A stretch of DNA of 64,000 nt. Origin: Candidatus Limnocylindria bacterium. GTDB lineage: Bacteria > Patescibacteriota > Saccharimonadia > Saccharimonadales > JAGQNK01. Where the stretch lies: contig DATHJH010000042.1 in NCBI GenBank assembly GCA_035489815.1, positions 1,581-65,580 on the forward strand, in the 5' to 3' direction. The notes under the pieces were generated by a model that worked only from the letters and a program-made list of their open reading frames with translations, ran no database searches and was not told the origin of the DNA. Positions 39,255-48,392 of this stretch are shown one piece after another. The stretch's first letter is position 1, and every line of letters begins with the position of its first letter. A program made the position numbers and the translations under genes.

Positions 39255-39827
39255 ATGCTGAGTAAACGCCAAAAAAGAAAGCTGTTCAGCCTGCTGATAG
39301 GACTCGTCCTGGCAGGAGCCGGCTACATGCTGAGCCAGAACCCACCGCCGCCGGAGGTAATGGGGACTGTTTCGCCTGGATACTACAGAGTGGCAAGCGT
39401 GGAAGACGGCGACACCATCAGCGTAGACATGGACGGTAAAAAAGAACGCATTCGCATGATCGGCGTGGATACACCAGAGACCAAAGACCCCCGCAAGCCA
39501 GTGCAATGTTTTGGTCAGGCAGCTAGCGCTTTTACCAAGCAGCTCATAGGCAGCCAGTCTGTCCGGTTAGAGGCCGATGCCCTGAGCGACAACCGTGACC
39601 GCTACAGCCGTTTGCTCCGGTATGTCTACCTCCCAGATGGCAGGCTGGTTCAGGCAGAGATTATTCGTGGTGGCTACGGTTTTGCCTACACCAGCTTTCC
39701 ATTTACCAAGCTGGAAGAATTCAAAGGCCACGCCCAAGAAGCTCGCAACCAAAACCTTGGCCTTTGGAGCACCTGTGAGCCTACCCCTAATAAATACGGC
39801 GGTTTTACTTCAAATCCCGAAAACTAG
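39255..39827 (+). CDS. thermonuclease (staphylococcal nuclease/SNase-like), membrane-anchored or secreted
   Basis: An N-terminal hydrophobic anchor is followed by VEDGDTISVDMDGKKERIRMIGVDTPETKDP and RLLRYVYLPDG, both characteristic of SNase. Confidence 0.85.
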   Translation: MLSKRQKRKLFSLLIGLVLAGAGYMLSQNPPPPEVMGTVSPGYYRVASVEDGDTISVDMDGKKERIRMIGVDTPETKDPRKPVQCFGQAASAFTKQLIGSQSVRLEADALSDNRDRYSRLLRYVYLPDGRLVQAEIIRGGYGFAYTSFPFTKLEEFKGHAQEARNQNLGLWSTCEPTPNKYGGFTSNPEN

Positions 39828-40669
39828 GTATTCGAGTTGGGACGCGGGGCGAAAGGTTGTTTGGCTTTCTTCAGGGAAAACCTTTGAGATTGGGGGTCAT
39901 AAAACCTTCGGATGAGCTTGCCAGGGAAATAAAAAAGGATGTAGAGATACCTACAGACCGAGGCAAAAAGCCTCCGCTGCCCATGGCGGGCAAAGGTTTT
40001 TGTATGAAAGCTCATGTTATGCAGAAACTCGCGGGGTGAATCGTCCAGCCGGCGGGCAGAAACACCAGCCTTTAGACGCGGGTCATAGACAAGCTTGTAC
40101 CCCTTTTCCTCCAAATGTATGGTCAGGTCATAATCCTCAAAAAATTCACCTTCTACGCACAGACTGCTCCGTACATCCTCCCAGGCTGATCGACGAAAGA
40201 GCATATTACTGCCAAACAGCACTGCTGAACGATTGATAGCAAAGAGTGCTGATCTGATCCATCTGTCCCAAAAGTAAAAGAAGCGCTTGAAAGGCATGTC
40301 ATGATAATAGGCTGGACCAACGGCCCCCATAATTTCTGGATCAGCAAAAAGCCGGCGGGCAGTTGCCGACCACTCTGGTCCAAGGTAGGTGTCGGCGTCA
40401 ATCCGGCCGATGATGTCACCCCTGGCCGCATTTACCCCCCGGCTGCGGGTGGCCCGAAGTCCCTGTTTTTTTTCAGTCATAAGCCGTACGAAAGGAAAGG
40501 ATTTGGTTATTGCTGCTGTTTTGTCGGTAGAGTTGTTGTCCACTACTATCACCTCGTCTGGCGGTTCGGTCTGCTTGGCGATAGCTTGCAGGCAGTCGCC
40601 AATATGGGCTTCTTCGTTGTAGGCTGGTATAATTATTGATAGTGTTAATGGTTTTTTAGCTGTCCGCAT
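39824..40669 (-). CDS. GT2 glycosyltransferase
   Basis: The ORF track gives 39824-40714. ATG 40669 yields MRTAKKPLTLSIIIPAYNEEAHI, and VVDNNSTDKT and RIDADT motifs follow. Confidence 0.8.
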   Translation of the reverse strand: MRTAKKPLTLSIIIPAYNEEAHIGDCLQAIAKQTEPPDEVIVVDNNSTDKTAAITKSFPFVRLMTEKKQGLRATRSRGVNAARGDIIGRIDADTYLGPEWSATARRLFADPEIMGAVGPAYYHDMPFKRFFYFWDRWIRSALFAINRSAVLFGSNMLFRRSAWEDVRSSLCVEGEFFEDYDLTIHLEEKGYKLVYDPRLKAGVSARRLDDSPREFLHNMSFHTKTFARHGQRRLFASVCRYLYILFYFPGKLIRRFYDPQSQRFSLKKAKQPFAPRPNSNT

Positions 40670-40695
40670 CAACCTGAATAGTAACAAAAAGAAGA

Positions 40696-41814
40696 ATGAA
40701 GAAGAAAGACTCACGGATAAAAAGCCCGGATAAGGCGCATCCCTTTGTGCTTGTTCCTGTATTTTTGCTTCTAAAAAAGTGGTGGAACAAGAACATATGG
40801 CATAAGCTGCTGGGTGTCTTTATAGCCCTGGTAATCATTGTCATCGGCGGTGCCTATGGCATATCCCGCTGGTACGCCCTCCGGCACGACGGCGAACCGC
40901 TGCAGTTTGGGGTAACTTTTGTTGCCAATTACACCAGATATCTAGGTATAGACCCCAAGGAAACCTTCCATGCCATCCTCTACGACCTGGGTGCCAAACG
41001 CGTGCGGCTGGTCAGTTATTGGCGGGAAGGCGAACCTAAGCCCGGCCAGTACGATTTTAAAGAACTGGACTGGCAGTTCCGCATGGCAGAACAGGCCGGG
41101 GCCAAGGTCAGCCTGGCCATTGGCCTGCGCCAGCCGCGTTGGCCGGAATGCCACATGCCAAAGTGGGCAGAGGACAAACCCATGTCCGAATGGGCACCCA
41201 AACTCAAAGACTACATGCGTGAAGTCATCAACCGCTACAAAGACAGCCCGGCGCTGGAAAGCTGGCAGCTGGAAAACGAGTTCTTTATGAAGATCTTTGG
41301 CGATTGCCCGGACCACACCCGCGAACGGCTGGTAGATGAGTATAATTTTGTGAAATCCCTGGATTCAAAACACCCGGTTATTATTACCCGCAGCAACAAC
41401 TGGGGCGGGGTACCTATTCATGAACCCACGCCGGACCAGTTTGGCATAGCCGTCTACAAGCGCGTCTGGGACCAGAACCTTACCCACCGCTACTTTGAAT
41501 ACCCGTATCCGCCCTGGTTCTATGGCTTTTTGGGCGGGCTGGGGGAAATCATCTCCGGCAAGTCGCTGATTATTCATGAAATGCAGGCCGAACCGTGGAT
41601 TCCGGATGGCATGCAACTAAAGACTGCCTCGCTAGAAGAACAGGACAAATCCGTAAATGCCAAACGCCTGGCCAAGCGATTTGAATATGCCAAGGACACG
41701 GGCATCCGCACCATAGATACCTGGGGTGTAGAGTGGTGGTACTGGCGCATGGTAAAACACGGCGACCCCAGCCTCTGGAACGTTGCCAAAGAAGCCTTCG
41801 CAAACCATGAATAA
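40696..41814 (+). CDS. clan GH-A (GH5-like) glycoside hydrolase with an N-terminal TM anchor
   Basis: A TM helix (LLGVFIALVIIVIGG) is present. RLVSYW and ESWQLENE (candidate acid/base NE) and IHEMQAEPW (candidate nucleophile E) fit a (beta/alpha)8 retaining hydrolase. Confidence 0.6.
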   Translation: MKKKDSRIKSPDKAHPFVLVPVFLLLKKWWNKNIWHKLLGVFIALVIIVIGGAYGISRWYALRHDGEPLQFGVTFVANYTRYLGIDPKETFHAILYDLGAKRVRLVSYWREGEPKPGQYDFKELDWQFRMAEQAGAKVSLAIGLRQPRWPECHMPKWAEDKPMSEWAPKLKDYMREVINRYKDSPALESWQLENEFFMKIFGDCPDHTRERLVDEYNFVKSLDSKHPVIITRSNNWGGVPIHEPTPDQFGIAVYKRVWDQNLTHRYFEYPYPPWFYGFLGGLGEIISGKSLIIHEMQAEPWIPDGMQLKTASLEEQDKSVNAKRLAKRFEYAKDTGIRTIDTWGVEWWYWRMVKHGDPSLWNVAKEAFANHE

Positions 41815-42727
41815 CACCATCGATCCAAAAAAGTTCGGTGTCAGCTTTTCCGTCAAGCAGTGCCGCAAATTTGGGGTTGATCCAGTTCGTGCGCTGGACT
41901 GGTTAGTGCAAGACGCCGGATTCCGCCGCGTACGGCTAATGTCCTACTGGAACGAACATGAAAAAGAGCAGGGGAGGTTTGACTTTGCCGCCCTGGATAA
42001 GCAGGTTGAACAAGTACAAAAAGCGGGCGGTGTCATTACCATGTGCCTCGGTGCCCGGCAGCCCCGCTATCCGGAGTTTCACTGGCCGGACTGGGCCTGG
42101 AGTGCCTCCAAAGAAGAACGCGATAAAGCCTTGCTCAACTATGTCCAGGTAGTAGTTGAGCGTTACAAAGGTAATCCGGCTATCATCAGCTGGCAGCTCG
42201 AAAATGAGGCATTACTGACCAGCTTTGGCGAAAAAATTGAAATTGATCGAAAGCGTCTTCGCCAAGAGCTAGCAGTTGTCAAACAGCTTGACCCGTCGCG
42301 ACCGGTCATCATGAGCACCAGCGCCTCATGGGGCGTGCCAATCATTGGGCCAATTCCGGACATGTCGGCCTTTTCGTTCTACCTGATTCGATTTCACAAG
42401 GGCAAGTACACAACTACCTATCACGCCGCCTGGATCCACCGGTTGCGAGCCCTATTTATCCGTATTGTGTGGCGCAAACATAGTTCCATCCACGAACTGC
42501 AAATGGAACCGTGGGGACCAAAAGACATCTGGGAAATGACCCCAGAGCAGCAGGACGAATCCATGGGCCCAAAACAAATCCAGAAGAACTTTGCGGCAGG
42601 AAAGGCCACGCACCTCTACCCCTTGGACCTCTGGGGCGGAGAATGGTGGTACTGGCGCCTCAAAACCCTAAACGACCCCAGCACTTGGGAAGCCGTAAGA
42701 CAGAACCTGGATACTAACGCGGAGTAA
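41807..42727 (+). CDS. clan GH-A (GH5-like) glycoside hydrolase, paralog of the preceding gene
   Basis: The ORF track gives 41783-42727. ATG 41807 overlaps the upstream gene by 8 nt. It shares RLMSYW, ISWQLENE, IHELQMEPW and GGEWWYWR with its neighbour. Confidence 0.6.
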   Translation: MNNTIDPKKFGVSFSVKQCRKFGVDPVRALDWLVQDAGFRRVRLMSYWNEHEKEQGRFDFAALDKQVEQVQKAGGVITMCLGARQPRYPEFHWPDWAWSASKEERDKALLNYVQVVVERYKGNPAIISWQLENEALLTSFGEKIEIDRKRLRQELAVVKQLDPSRPVIMSTSASWGVPIIGPIPDMSAFSFYLIRFHKGKYTTTYHAAWIHRLRALFIRIVWRKHSSIHELQMEPWGPKDIWEMTPEQQDESMGPKQIQKNFAAGKATHLYPLDLWGGEWWYWRLKTLNDPSTWEAVRQNLDTNAE

Positions 42728-43760
42728 CCGACCGGAGAAAGTGGTTTACAGCCACAATTCCTGCAGCCGTAACCCCAAAATGCCCCAAGAAGTCGCCGTA
42801 GCTGTGATTGGCGCCCAGGATTTCTACAAAACTTACGGGATGCAAGCCAAACACCTGACTATTCGCGGCCTCCACCGCATCCACCGTAGGTTGGTGAGGT
42901 GTGATGAGGCTGTCACCTGCTCGAACAACAGTCGTTGGTATGTTAGCTTCACGCAATGCTTTTAGATCTTCAGTGAGTAAGCCTTGGGTGAAGCCTCCCG
43001 TAATTGCCCTATTTTCCGCTCTCTCCGTCCATATGCCACGCACAAACTTTGGGCTATGAATCAGCTCTTTTAAGATATCTATGCCGGCGCCCTTTATGCT
43101 TTTATTAAAACGCATACCCTCACGGACAAATTTAACAACACGCTCACCAGCAGAACTTGGCTCAGCGTGTGGCGGGTCACCCAACAGCACACCGCCCTCA
43201 ATATCAAAGTTTCGACTGGCATCTGTCATACGAACAGCCGCATGAGCGCTTGGCTGAGACCAGTTCACATCACCATATATTTTTCCAAAACCCATTCGGG
43301 ATGCTGCATCATTCTGTACACGAACAATAGGTGAAGCGTCTCCATCAGCCACTGCCATCAGACCGCTCTCTTCTAGGCCAAAGCTACTTGTTGCACTGGG
43401 TGCGGCTCGCAGGAACACGGGTACGGGTTTGCCTTCGTCGTCACGCAGGCCCTCTCGAAAGGCCAGTTCAGATACTACTTCAGCCCTGGCAACCAAATGC
43501 GGCCAAGGACCATTTCCAAAAGGAGCGTCCAAAGTTATAATCGCCTCACCAACACCTTCGGAGAGTGCTCTATGGCCGACAACGACTCCCTGCAAACCGG
43601 ATCTATCCTTTTCTGCAGTGTCAGCAACATCCACGAAGTACTGGGCGCCAAGTCGATTCAAGTGTTCATTGACGAGTTCAGTACCTTCGGTGAGCAATGG
43701 GTCGTCAATGCCGATCACCGTCTCAGGAGCAAAGAAGACGCTAGATGTAAGTTTAGTCAT
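42714..43760 (-). CDS. hypothetical protein (348 aa)
   Basis: Long ORF with no convincing competing frame. No motif recognised by eye. Confidence 0.5.
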   Translation of the reverse strand: MTKLTSSVFFAPETVIGIDDPLLTEGTELVNEHLNRLGAQYFVDVADTAEKDRSGLQGVVVGHRALSEGVGEAIITLDAPFGNGPWPHLVARAEVVSELAFREGLRDDEGKPVPVFLRAAPSATSSFGLEESGLMAVADGDASPIVRVQNDAASRMGFGKIYGDVNWSQPSAHAAVRMTDASRNFDIEGGVLLGDPPHAEPSSAGERVVKFVREGMRFNKSIKGAGIDILKELIHSPKFVRGIWTERAENRAITGGFTQGLLTEDLKALREANIPTTVVRAGDSLITPHQPTVDAVEAANSQVFGLHPVSFVEILGANHSYGDFLGHFGVTAAGIVAVNHFLRSVTPR

Positions 43761-43838
43761 AATTTTTATAAACTATACCATAAGTATAAAGTTTAGTCTA
43801 TAGCCATAAGTGTTTTTTTGCGCTAGAATGGCTGTATT

Positions 43839-44303
43839 ATGGGCAAAAAGAAACCCAACCAGACCAAACGCATCAGCAACAGGAGAGCCCGGTTTGATTA
43901 TGACCTGGGCGATGGGTTGCTGGTGGGAATTTCTTTGACCGGGGCAGAGACCAAATCTTTGCGGCGCGGGCATGGCCACATCCGCGGCGCATATGTGGTA
44001 GTAAAAGACGGCGAGCTGTGGCTTTTAAACGCCACCATTACCGGCGACAACGCCGTTCGGATTCCAGAGGAAGAACATACCCGCAGCCGCAAACTGCTTG
44101 CCAAAAGAAAAGAGATTGCTGAACTTATGGCTGCCAAACAACAAGGCCAGACCATCGTCCCGCTGGAAGTCCTGACCGGCGGCCGCTACATAAAAGTCCG
44201 CATATCAGCCGGCCGGGGCAAAAAACTTTACGACAAGCGTCAAACCCTCAAAAAGCGCGACGAACAACGCACCATCCAAGCCGCCATCAAGAAACATTTA
44301 TGA
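43839..44303 (+). CDS. smpB: SsrA-binding protein SmpB
   Basis: ISNRRARFDYDLGDGLLVGISLTGAETKSLR...GAYVVVKDGELWLLNATI and the basic C-terminal tail are typical of SmpB. Confidence 0.92.
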   Translation: MGKKKPNQTKRISNRRARFDYDLGDGLLVGISLTGAETKSLRRGHGHIRGAYVVVKDGELWLLNATITGDNAVRIPEEEHTRSRKLLAKRKEIAELMAAKQQGQTIVPLEVLTGGRYIKVRISAGRGKKLYDKRQTLKKRDEQRTIQAAIKKHL

Positions 44304-44369
44304 AACTGTAATTACATATTACGAAGCAATTGTAGTCCCTGTTACCCGGGCGTACAATGCATAAGCTAA

Positions 44370-45371
44370 ATGGCTGCGATGCTATATGGGGTAGACATGA
44401 GTAGACTTGCCAGAATTATTGCACTCCTTCGACTGACGACTCTGAGCGTCATTCTTTTTATAATGAGCAGCGCTATTGGGGCGGCATTGTATGTAAACGG
44501 CAATGTACAGCAGCTTTCGGGAGAACGCTTTAATCAGACGGTTGACCGGCTGGACACGCACATCCTGGAACGGATGGGCAACTATGCCGACCTGCTGTAC
44601 AGCAGCCGTTCCTACGCAGTCAGTACCACTCAGGTGACCCAGGAACAATGGAATGCCTTTTTCCGTAACCAAAGCACCTTTGACCGGCACCCGGGCATTA
44701 GTACCGTGAGTTATCTGCGGTTTTTCAACAACGCCCAGAAGTCGGACTTTCTACGGCAGATGCAGGCCCAACCGTACTTTGGCGGTAAAAAGTTTGCCAT
44801 TCGCCCGGCCGGTACCCGCGACCGCTATGCAGTTATCCAGTATGTCAGCACCAATAACGACGTCAAGGGCACGTTTGGTATTGACTCCTACGCCGGTCGG
44901 CCGCAGCGACAGGCCATGGACACAGCGGTAGGGACCGGTTTGCCCCAGGCCACTGAACTGTTTACCCTGGGCAGCGGAAAAAAGGGCTTTGCTATTTTTT
45001 TGCCGGCTTATAAAAACGATGCTGTGGACGGGTTTAGCATGATCAGCTTTCGAACCGAGGACTTTATAAAAGCCCTGTTTACCTACCCCGAACCGCATAT
45101 GCGCTATAAAATTGCCGATGTATCCGATCGTAGTGCACCGCAGGTGTTGCACCACTCAGCCAATTGGCAGGACGGGCTTGATCTGGAGCGAAAAGACACC
45201 ATAGACATCATGGGCCGCCAATGGGAAGTTACTTTTGCTGCCGACAGCAGCTATAACGTCAGTATGCATGCCCGGATTTTGCCGGTGCTGATTGTGCTGG
45301 TCGGCGTACTGCTGATCGCTCCAGTCCTGATTGCCTTTCGCAAACTTACCGGGGCAGGATCAAGTTCTTAA
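44370..45371 (+). CDS. CHASE-domain membrane protein without an output domain
   Basis: An N-terminal TM helix is followed by a ~230-aa periplasmic-type domain fitting the CHASE pattern (WNAFF...HPGISTVSYLRFF...YAVIQYVS...GIDSY...PQATELFTL...FAIFLPAY). A second TM helix follows and the protein then ends after about 15 aa. Confidence 0.6.
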   Translation: MAAMLYGVDMSRLARIIALLRLTTLSVILFIMSSAIGAALYVNGNVQQLSGERFNQTVDRLDTHILERMGNYADLLYSSRSYAVSTTQVTQEQWNAFFRNQSTFDRHPGISTVSYLRFFNNAQKSDFLRQMQAQPYFGGKKFAIRPAGTRDRYAVIQYVSTNNDVKGTFGIDSYAGRPQRQAMDTAVGTGLPQATELFTLGSGKKGFAIFLPAYKNDAVDGFSMISFRTEDFIKALFTYPEPHMRYKIADVSDRSAPQVLHHSANWQDGLDLERKDTIDIMGRQWEVTFAADSSYNVSMHARILPVLIVLVGVLLIAPVLIAFRKLTGAGSSS

Positions 45372-45834
45372 CCCGCAGCAGCCTGCGAAGGAACCGAAAG
45401 CGCAGGGTAGGCACTGCGGCTGTGATAACCACCGGAGCAACAATAATAGCAGTTACCGATGAATACGCCGGATTGCTGACAAAGGCCCGCCCCGCCCGGG
45501 TCATACGGACCAGAGGATTGTTGGCGTTCCGGCTGTCAGTATCCGGCCGTACCTGCGTTTGAGTGAGACGGGCACCAGACGGCACTGCAGCCGCCACCGT
45601 GGTGGGCACCCGGACGAGGGGGTCTGAACCTGCATGCGGTACCTCACCAATCACCGGACCGCACTCTGCCGGAGAAAGATAGGTAAGGTCGCTGCTGCCA
45701 TCACTGACCTGTTCGAACAAACAGCTCAGAGGCGCAACCTCCAGCCGTGCCTCTGAATCAACAGCACCGACCACAGGCGCAGTCACCACGCCCAAGCAAA
45801 CCAGCAGCCCGGTGATCACAAGGAGACTTTTCAT
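45346..45834 (-). CDS. small surface protein (162 aa): signal peptide plus C-terminal hydrophobic/basic anchor
   Basis: MKSLLVITGLLVCLGVVTAPVVGA forms the signal. The C-terminal VTAIIVAPVVITAAVPTLRFRFLRR looks like a membrane anchor or sorting signal. Its ATGA overlaps the stop of the 852-aa gene. Confidence 0.55.
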   Translation of the reverse strand: MKSLLVITGLLVCLGVVTAPVVGAVDSEARLEVAPLSCLFEQVSDGSSDLTYLSPAECGPVIGEVPHAGSDPLVRVPTTVAAAVPSGARLTQTQVRPDTDSRNANNPLVRMTRAGRAFVSNPAYSSVTAIIVAPVVITAAVPTLRFRFLRRLLRVKNLILPR

Positions 45835-48392
45835 CAGTTTGCCGTTACCGTCACCGTTAAGTTGAGGTTATAGGTCCCGGCTGGCTGCTCCGGCGGCACC
45901 TTTTGGGACGCGCCAACGCCTACGATATCCCAGTAGCAGTTGGTATTCGCACCAGAGGCAGAAGCAAGAGTCAGAGAATTGAGTGTGCCCTGAGCAAATG
46001 CCGCCAAACCGCCCAGGGAAATACCAGTGGCCGAACAACCGCTCTTTGGCGTAATAGTGGCAGTCGAGGGGTTTAGACTCAATTGGCCGGCCTCTCCGCT
46101 GTCTGCGTCTACGCCGTCACTACACCCGGCCGGGGAACCGGCGGCATCGTTGAAGTCGTAGTTGACACTGCCGGTACTCCACAAGGATGTATCGCCGCCG
46201 GTTGCCGCAACGGTCAACGACCAGTTGGGGCTGCCGGTGGTATTCGTGACCCGCACTTTCTGGCTGGAAGTACCTAACGTACCGGTGGGGGTAGTGCAGG
46301 CAAAGCTCAGCCCGCTGGACGACATGCTGACACCAGGGCTACTCACCCCGCAGCCGCTGCTGTCCACAATGTCCACGCCCAAAATACCCGTGCCGGGCGA
46401 CCGCCAGGCGGCATAGCGGTAGGTACTGCCGCTGACGTTTGTCTCCGCCGATGTCGTGGTGACTGAAAAGCCGTTGCAGATCAGGGCCGTGATCCGGTTG
46501 GTGGTGTTAGCCGTGTTGGCAAAATGCTGCGTCGCATTGCCAGCCAGCGAAGCCCCCCTGTGGACTCCGGTAGAGTTGGTAGTGCGTTTTACCCACACCA
46601 GATCCGGCTGGAAGCCCGCAGTTGTAATGTTTTGGGCTGCACCGGTGCCGCTGTAGCTGCCAACAGCAAAGTTGTCGCCGTTTTTAAACGCAAACCAGTG
46701 ATACAGATTGGCAGCGGCGTTGACAGTAGCGTCCGTTCCAACCTGGTAGCCGTCAGTCGTGAGGGCTTGCACACGATTAGCCCCCTCGGCCGTTGCTCCA
46801 AAGAACCCGGACAAATCACCGGCCATGGCCGAGGTCCGAAAGGTGCCGGCCGATGCCCCGCTCCTTTTGGCAGTCACCATATTTGGCTGGAAGGGCAGGC
46901 GGGTAATGTTGCGGCTGTCTATGCCGTTGCCATAGTAGGCGCCAATGGCAAAGTCGGCCGCGCCGGTGTTGGTGTAGGGGTCAAAGCCGCCAGCAAAGGC
47001 TTGCCACTGGTAGGTGTTGGCAGAGGTATTCACAATGGTGCTGGCACCCACCGTAAAGCCACCAGCGTCCAGAGAAGTAATCCCCCCGGTAAAATTGGCT
47101 GCTGCGTTAGAAAAATAGGCTGTACTGTTGCCGGCCATCAACCCCGTCCGAAACACCGAATAATTAGCAGCATTGTCTTTTATAATCACCAGTTCCGGCT
47201 GAAAGCCAAGTCCGGCAACAGACTGACCTGTACCGTTGCCGGTATAGGTGCCTGTTTCCATCTGAAAACCGCCGCTGACCGAATAGGCGGCAGCACCCCC
47301 AAAAGCCACCCAGTAAAATGTTGCCCCCGTTTCGTTCGTTTGGGCAGCCGTGCCCACCTGAAACCCATCGCTTTGCAAAGCCTGAACGGCATTTACCAGA
47401 TTGGCCGTTGCCGCACCTACAAAAGAAGAGCTATCGCCATAAGACTCCGGCCGGTTCATAACCGGGTCGCGGCTGGCAACGGTCGCCGAGGTAGCGTTTT
47501 TGACCATCACCAGGCTGGCCTGGAATCCCACGCCCGTAATGTTCCGGTTATCGGTGGCGTTGCCAGTGTAGGTGCCCTGGCTCATGCCTCCGGCCGTAGC
47601 CTTGAAGGCCACATAATAAAAGACGCCGGTGCTGGCGTTGTCCGTCGCCCCCACGTCAAAGCTGGTGGCCGCAAACGATCGAATATAGTTACCGGCCGTA
47701 TCCCTGGCTGCTGTAGTCAAAAACAACGTTTCGTTAGCCGGCTGGGACGCCACCCGGAAATGCCCGGCCACGGCAGTGGAGCGTTTGACCATCACAAAAC
47801 TGGGCTGAAACCCAGTCGTAATGGTCCGTGTGGCCGCTGCATTACCGGTGTAGCTACCAACGCAGTAATTGCCGGTGGCACTACAGTCAGAACCGGTGAA
47901 GGCCGTCCAGTAGTACAGCGCGTTGGCGGTATTTACGTTCGCCAGTGTGCCTACCGTAAAACCATCGGCCGTAAAAGTGATGTTCGTACCAGTATTGTCT
48001 GCTGCGGCACTGCTAAACGCCGTGGCGTTAGCAGGCATGGCCGACGTTTTAAAGACCATCACCCCGGCGTTGGTACTGGATTTGATCATCACCGTACTTG
48101 GTTGAAAACCAAGCCCCGTAATGGTCCGCCCAGCCACGCCCGTACCCACGTAGTACCCGCTTTGCATGGAAAAGTTAGCTGCCTGGGCTTTGTTGGTCAG
48201 GGTCGGTACCGTCGGTGCATCATTGGCACCCTCATCCACTACCCGTGAATCATGCAGCGACAGGTACAGGTTGTCGACAATCTTTGACTCATTCCATTTG
48301 GTAATCAGCATGTCGGCGGGGAAACCAAACAACAGGTTACTGACGACAATCAGTGCCGCCAGGCCTACTCTCAGAAGAGTGCTATTTTTCAT
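45834..48392 (-). CDS. 852-aa surface protein: N-terminal anchor, six ~95-aa repeats, C-terminal WxL-like domain
   Basis: Six repeats are marked by GFQP-x-(L/F)V-x-(I/V)K (GLGFQPSTVMIK, TGFQPSFVMVK, GVGFQASLVMVK, GLGFQPELVIIK, LPFQPNMVTAK, AGFQPDLVWVK). The last ~190 aa are paralogous to the 237-aa protein (NWSLTVAATGG...YNLNLTVTVTAN). Confidence 0.8.
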   Translation of the reverse strand: MKNSTLLRVGLAALIVVSNLLFGFPADMLITKWNESKIVDNLYLSLHDSRVVDEGANDAPTVPTLTNKAQAANFSMQSGYYVGTGVAGRTITGLGFQPSTVMIKSSTNAGVMVFKTSAMPANATAFSSAAADNTGTNITFTADGFTVGTLANVNTANALYYWTAFTGSDCSATGNYCVGSYTGNAAATRTITTGFQPSFVMVKRSTAVAGHFRVASQPANETLFLTTAARDTAGNYIRSFAATSFDVGATDNASTGVFYYVAFKATAGGMSQGTYTGNATDNRNITGVGFQASLVMVKNATSATVASRDPVMNRPESYGDSSSFVGAATANLVNAVQALQSDGFQVGTAAQTNETGATFYWVAFGGAAAYSVSGGFQMETGTYTGNGTGQSVAGLGFQPELVIIKDNAANYSVFRTGLMAGNSTAYFSNAAANFTGGITSLDAGGFTVGASTIVNTSANTYQWQAFAGGFDPYTNTGAADFAIGAYYGNGIDSRNITRLPFQPNMVTAKRSGASAGTFRTSAMAGDLSGFFGATAEGANRVQALTTDGYQVGTDATVNAAANLYHWFAFKNGDNFAVGSYSGTGAAQNITTAGFQPDLVWVKRTTNSTGVHRGASLAGNATQHFANTANTTNRITALICNGFSVTTTSAETNVSGSTYRYAAWRSPGTGILGVDIVDSSGCGVSSPGVSMSSSGLSFACTTPTGTLGTSSQKVRVTNTTGSPNWSLTVAATGGDTSLWSTGSVNYDFNDAAGSPAGCSDGVDADSGEAGQLSLNPSTATITPKSGCSATGISLGGLAAFAQGTLNSLTLASASGANTNCYWDIVGVGASQKVPPEQPAGTYNLNLTVTVTAN

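Noticed and set aside
46524-48248. 574-codon ORF on the plus strand
   Set aside because: It lies entirely antisense to the 852-aa repeat protein. The product is an Arg/Gly/Pro-rich low-complexity string with no start context. The minus-strand gene has a signal/anchor, a repeat architecture and a paralogous domain, so this is a shadow ORF.
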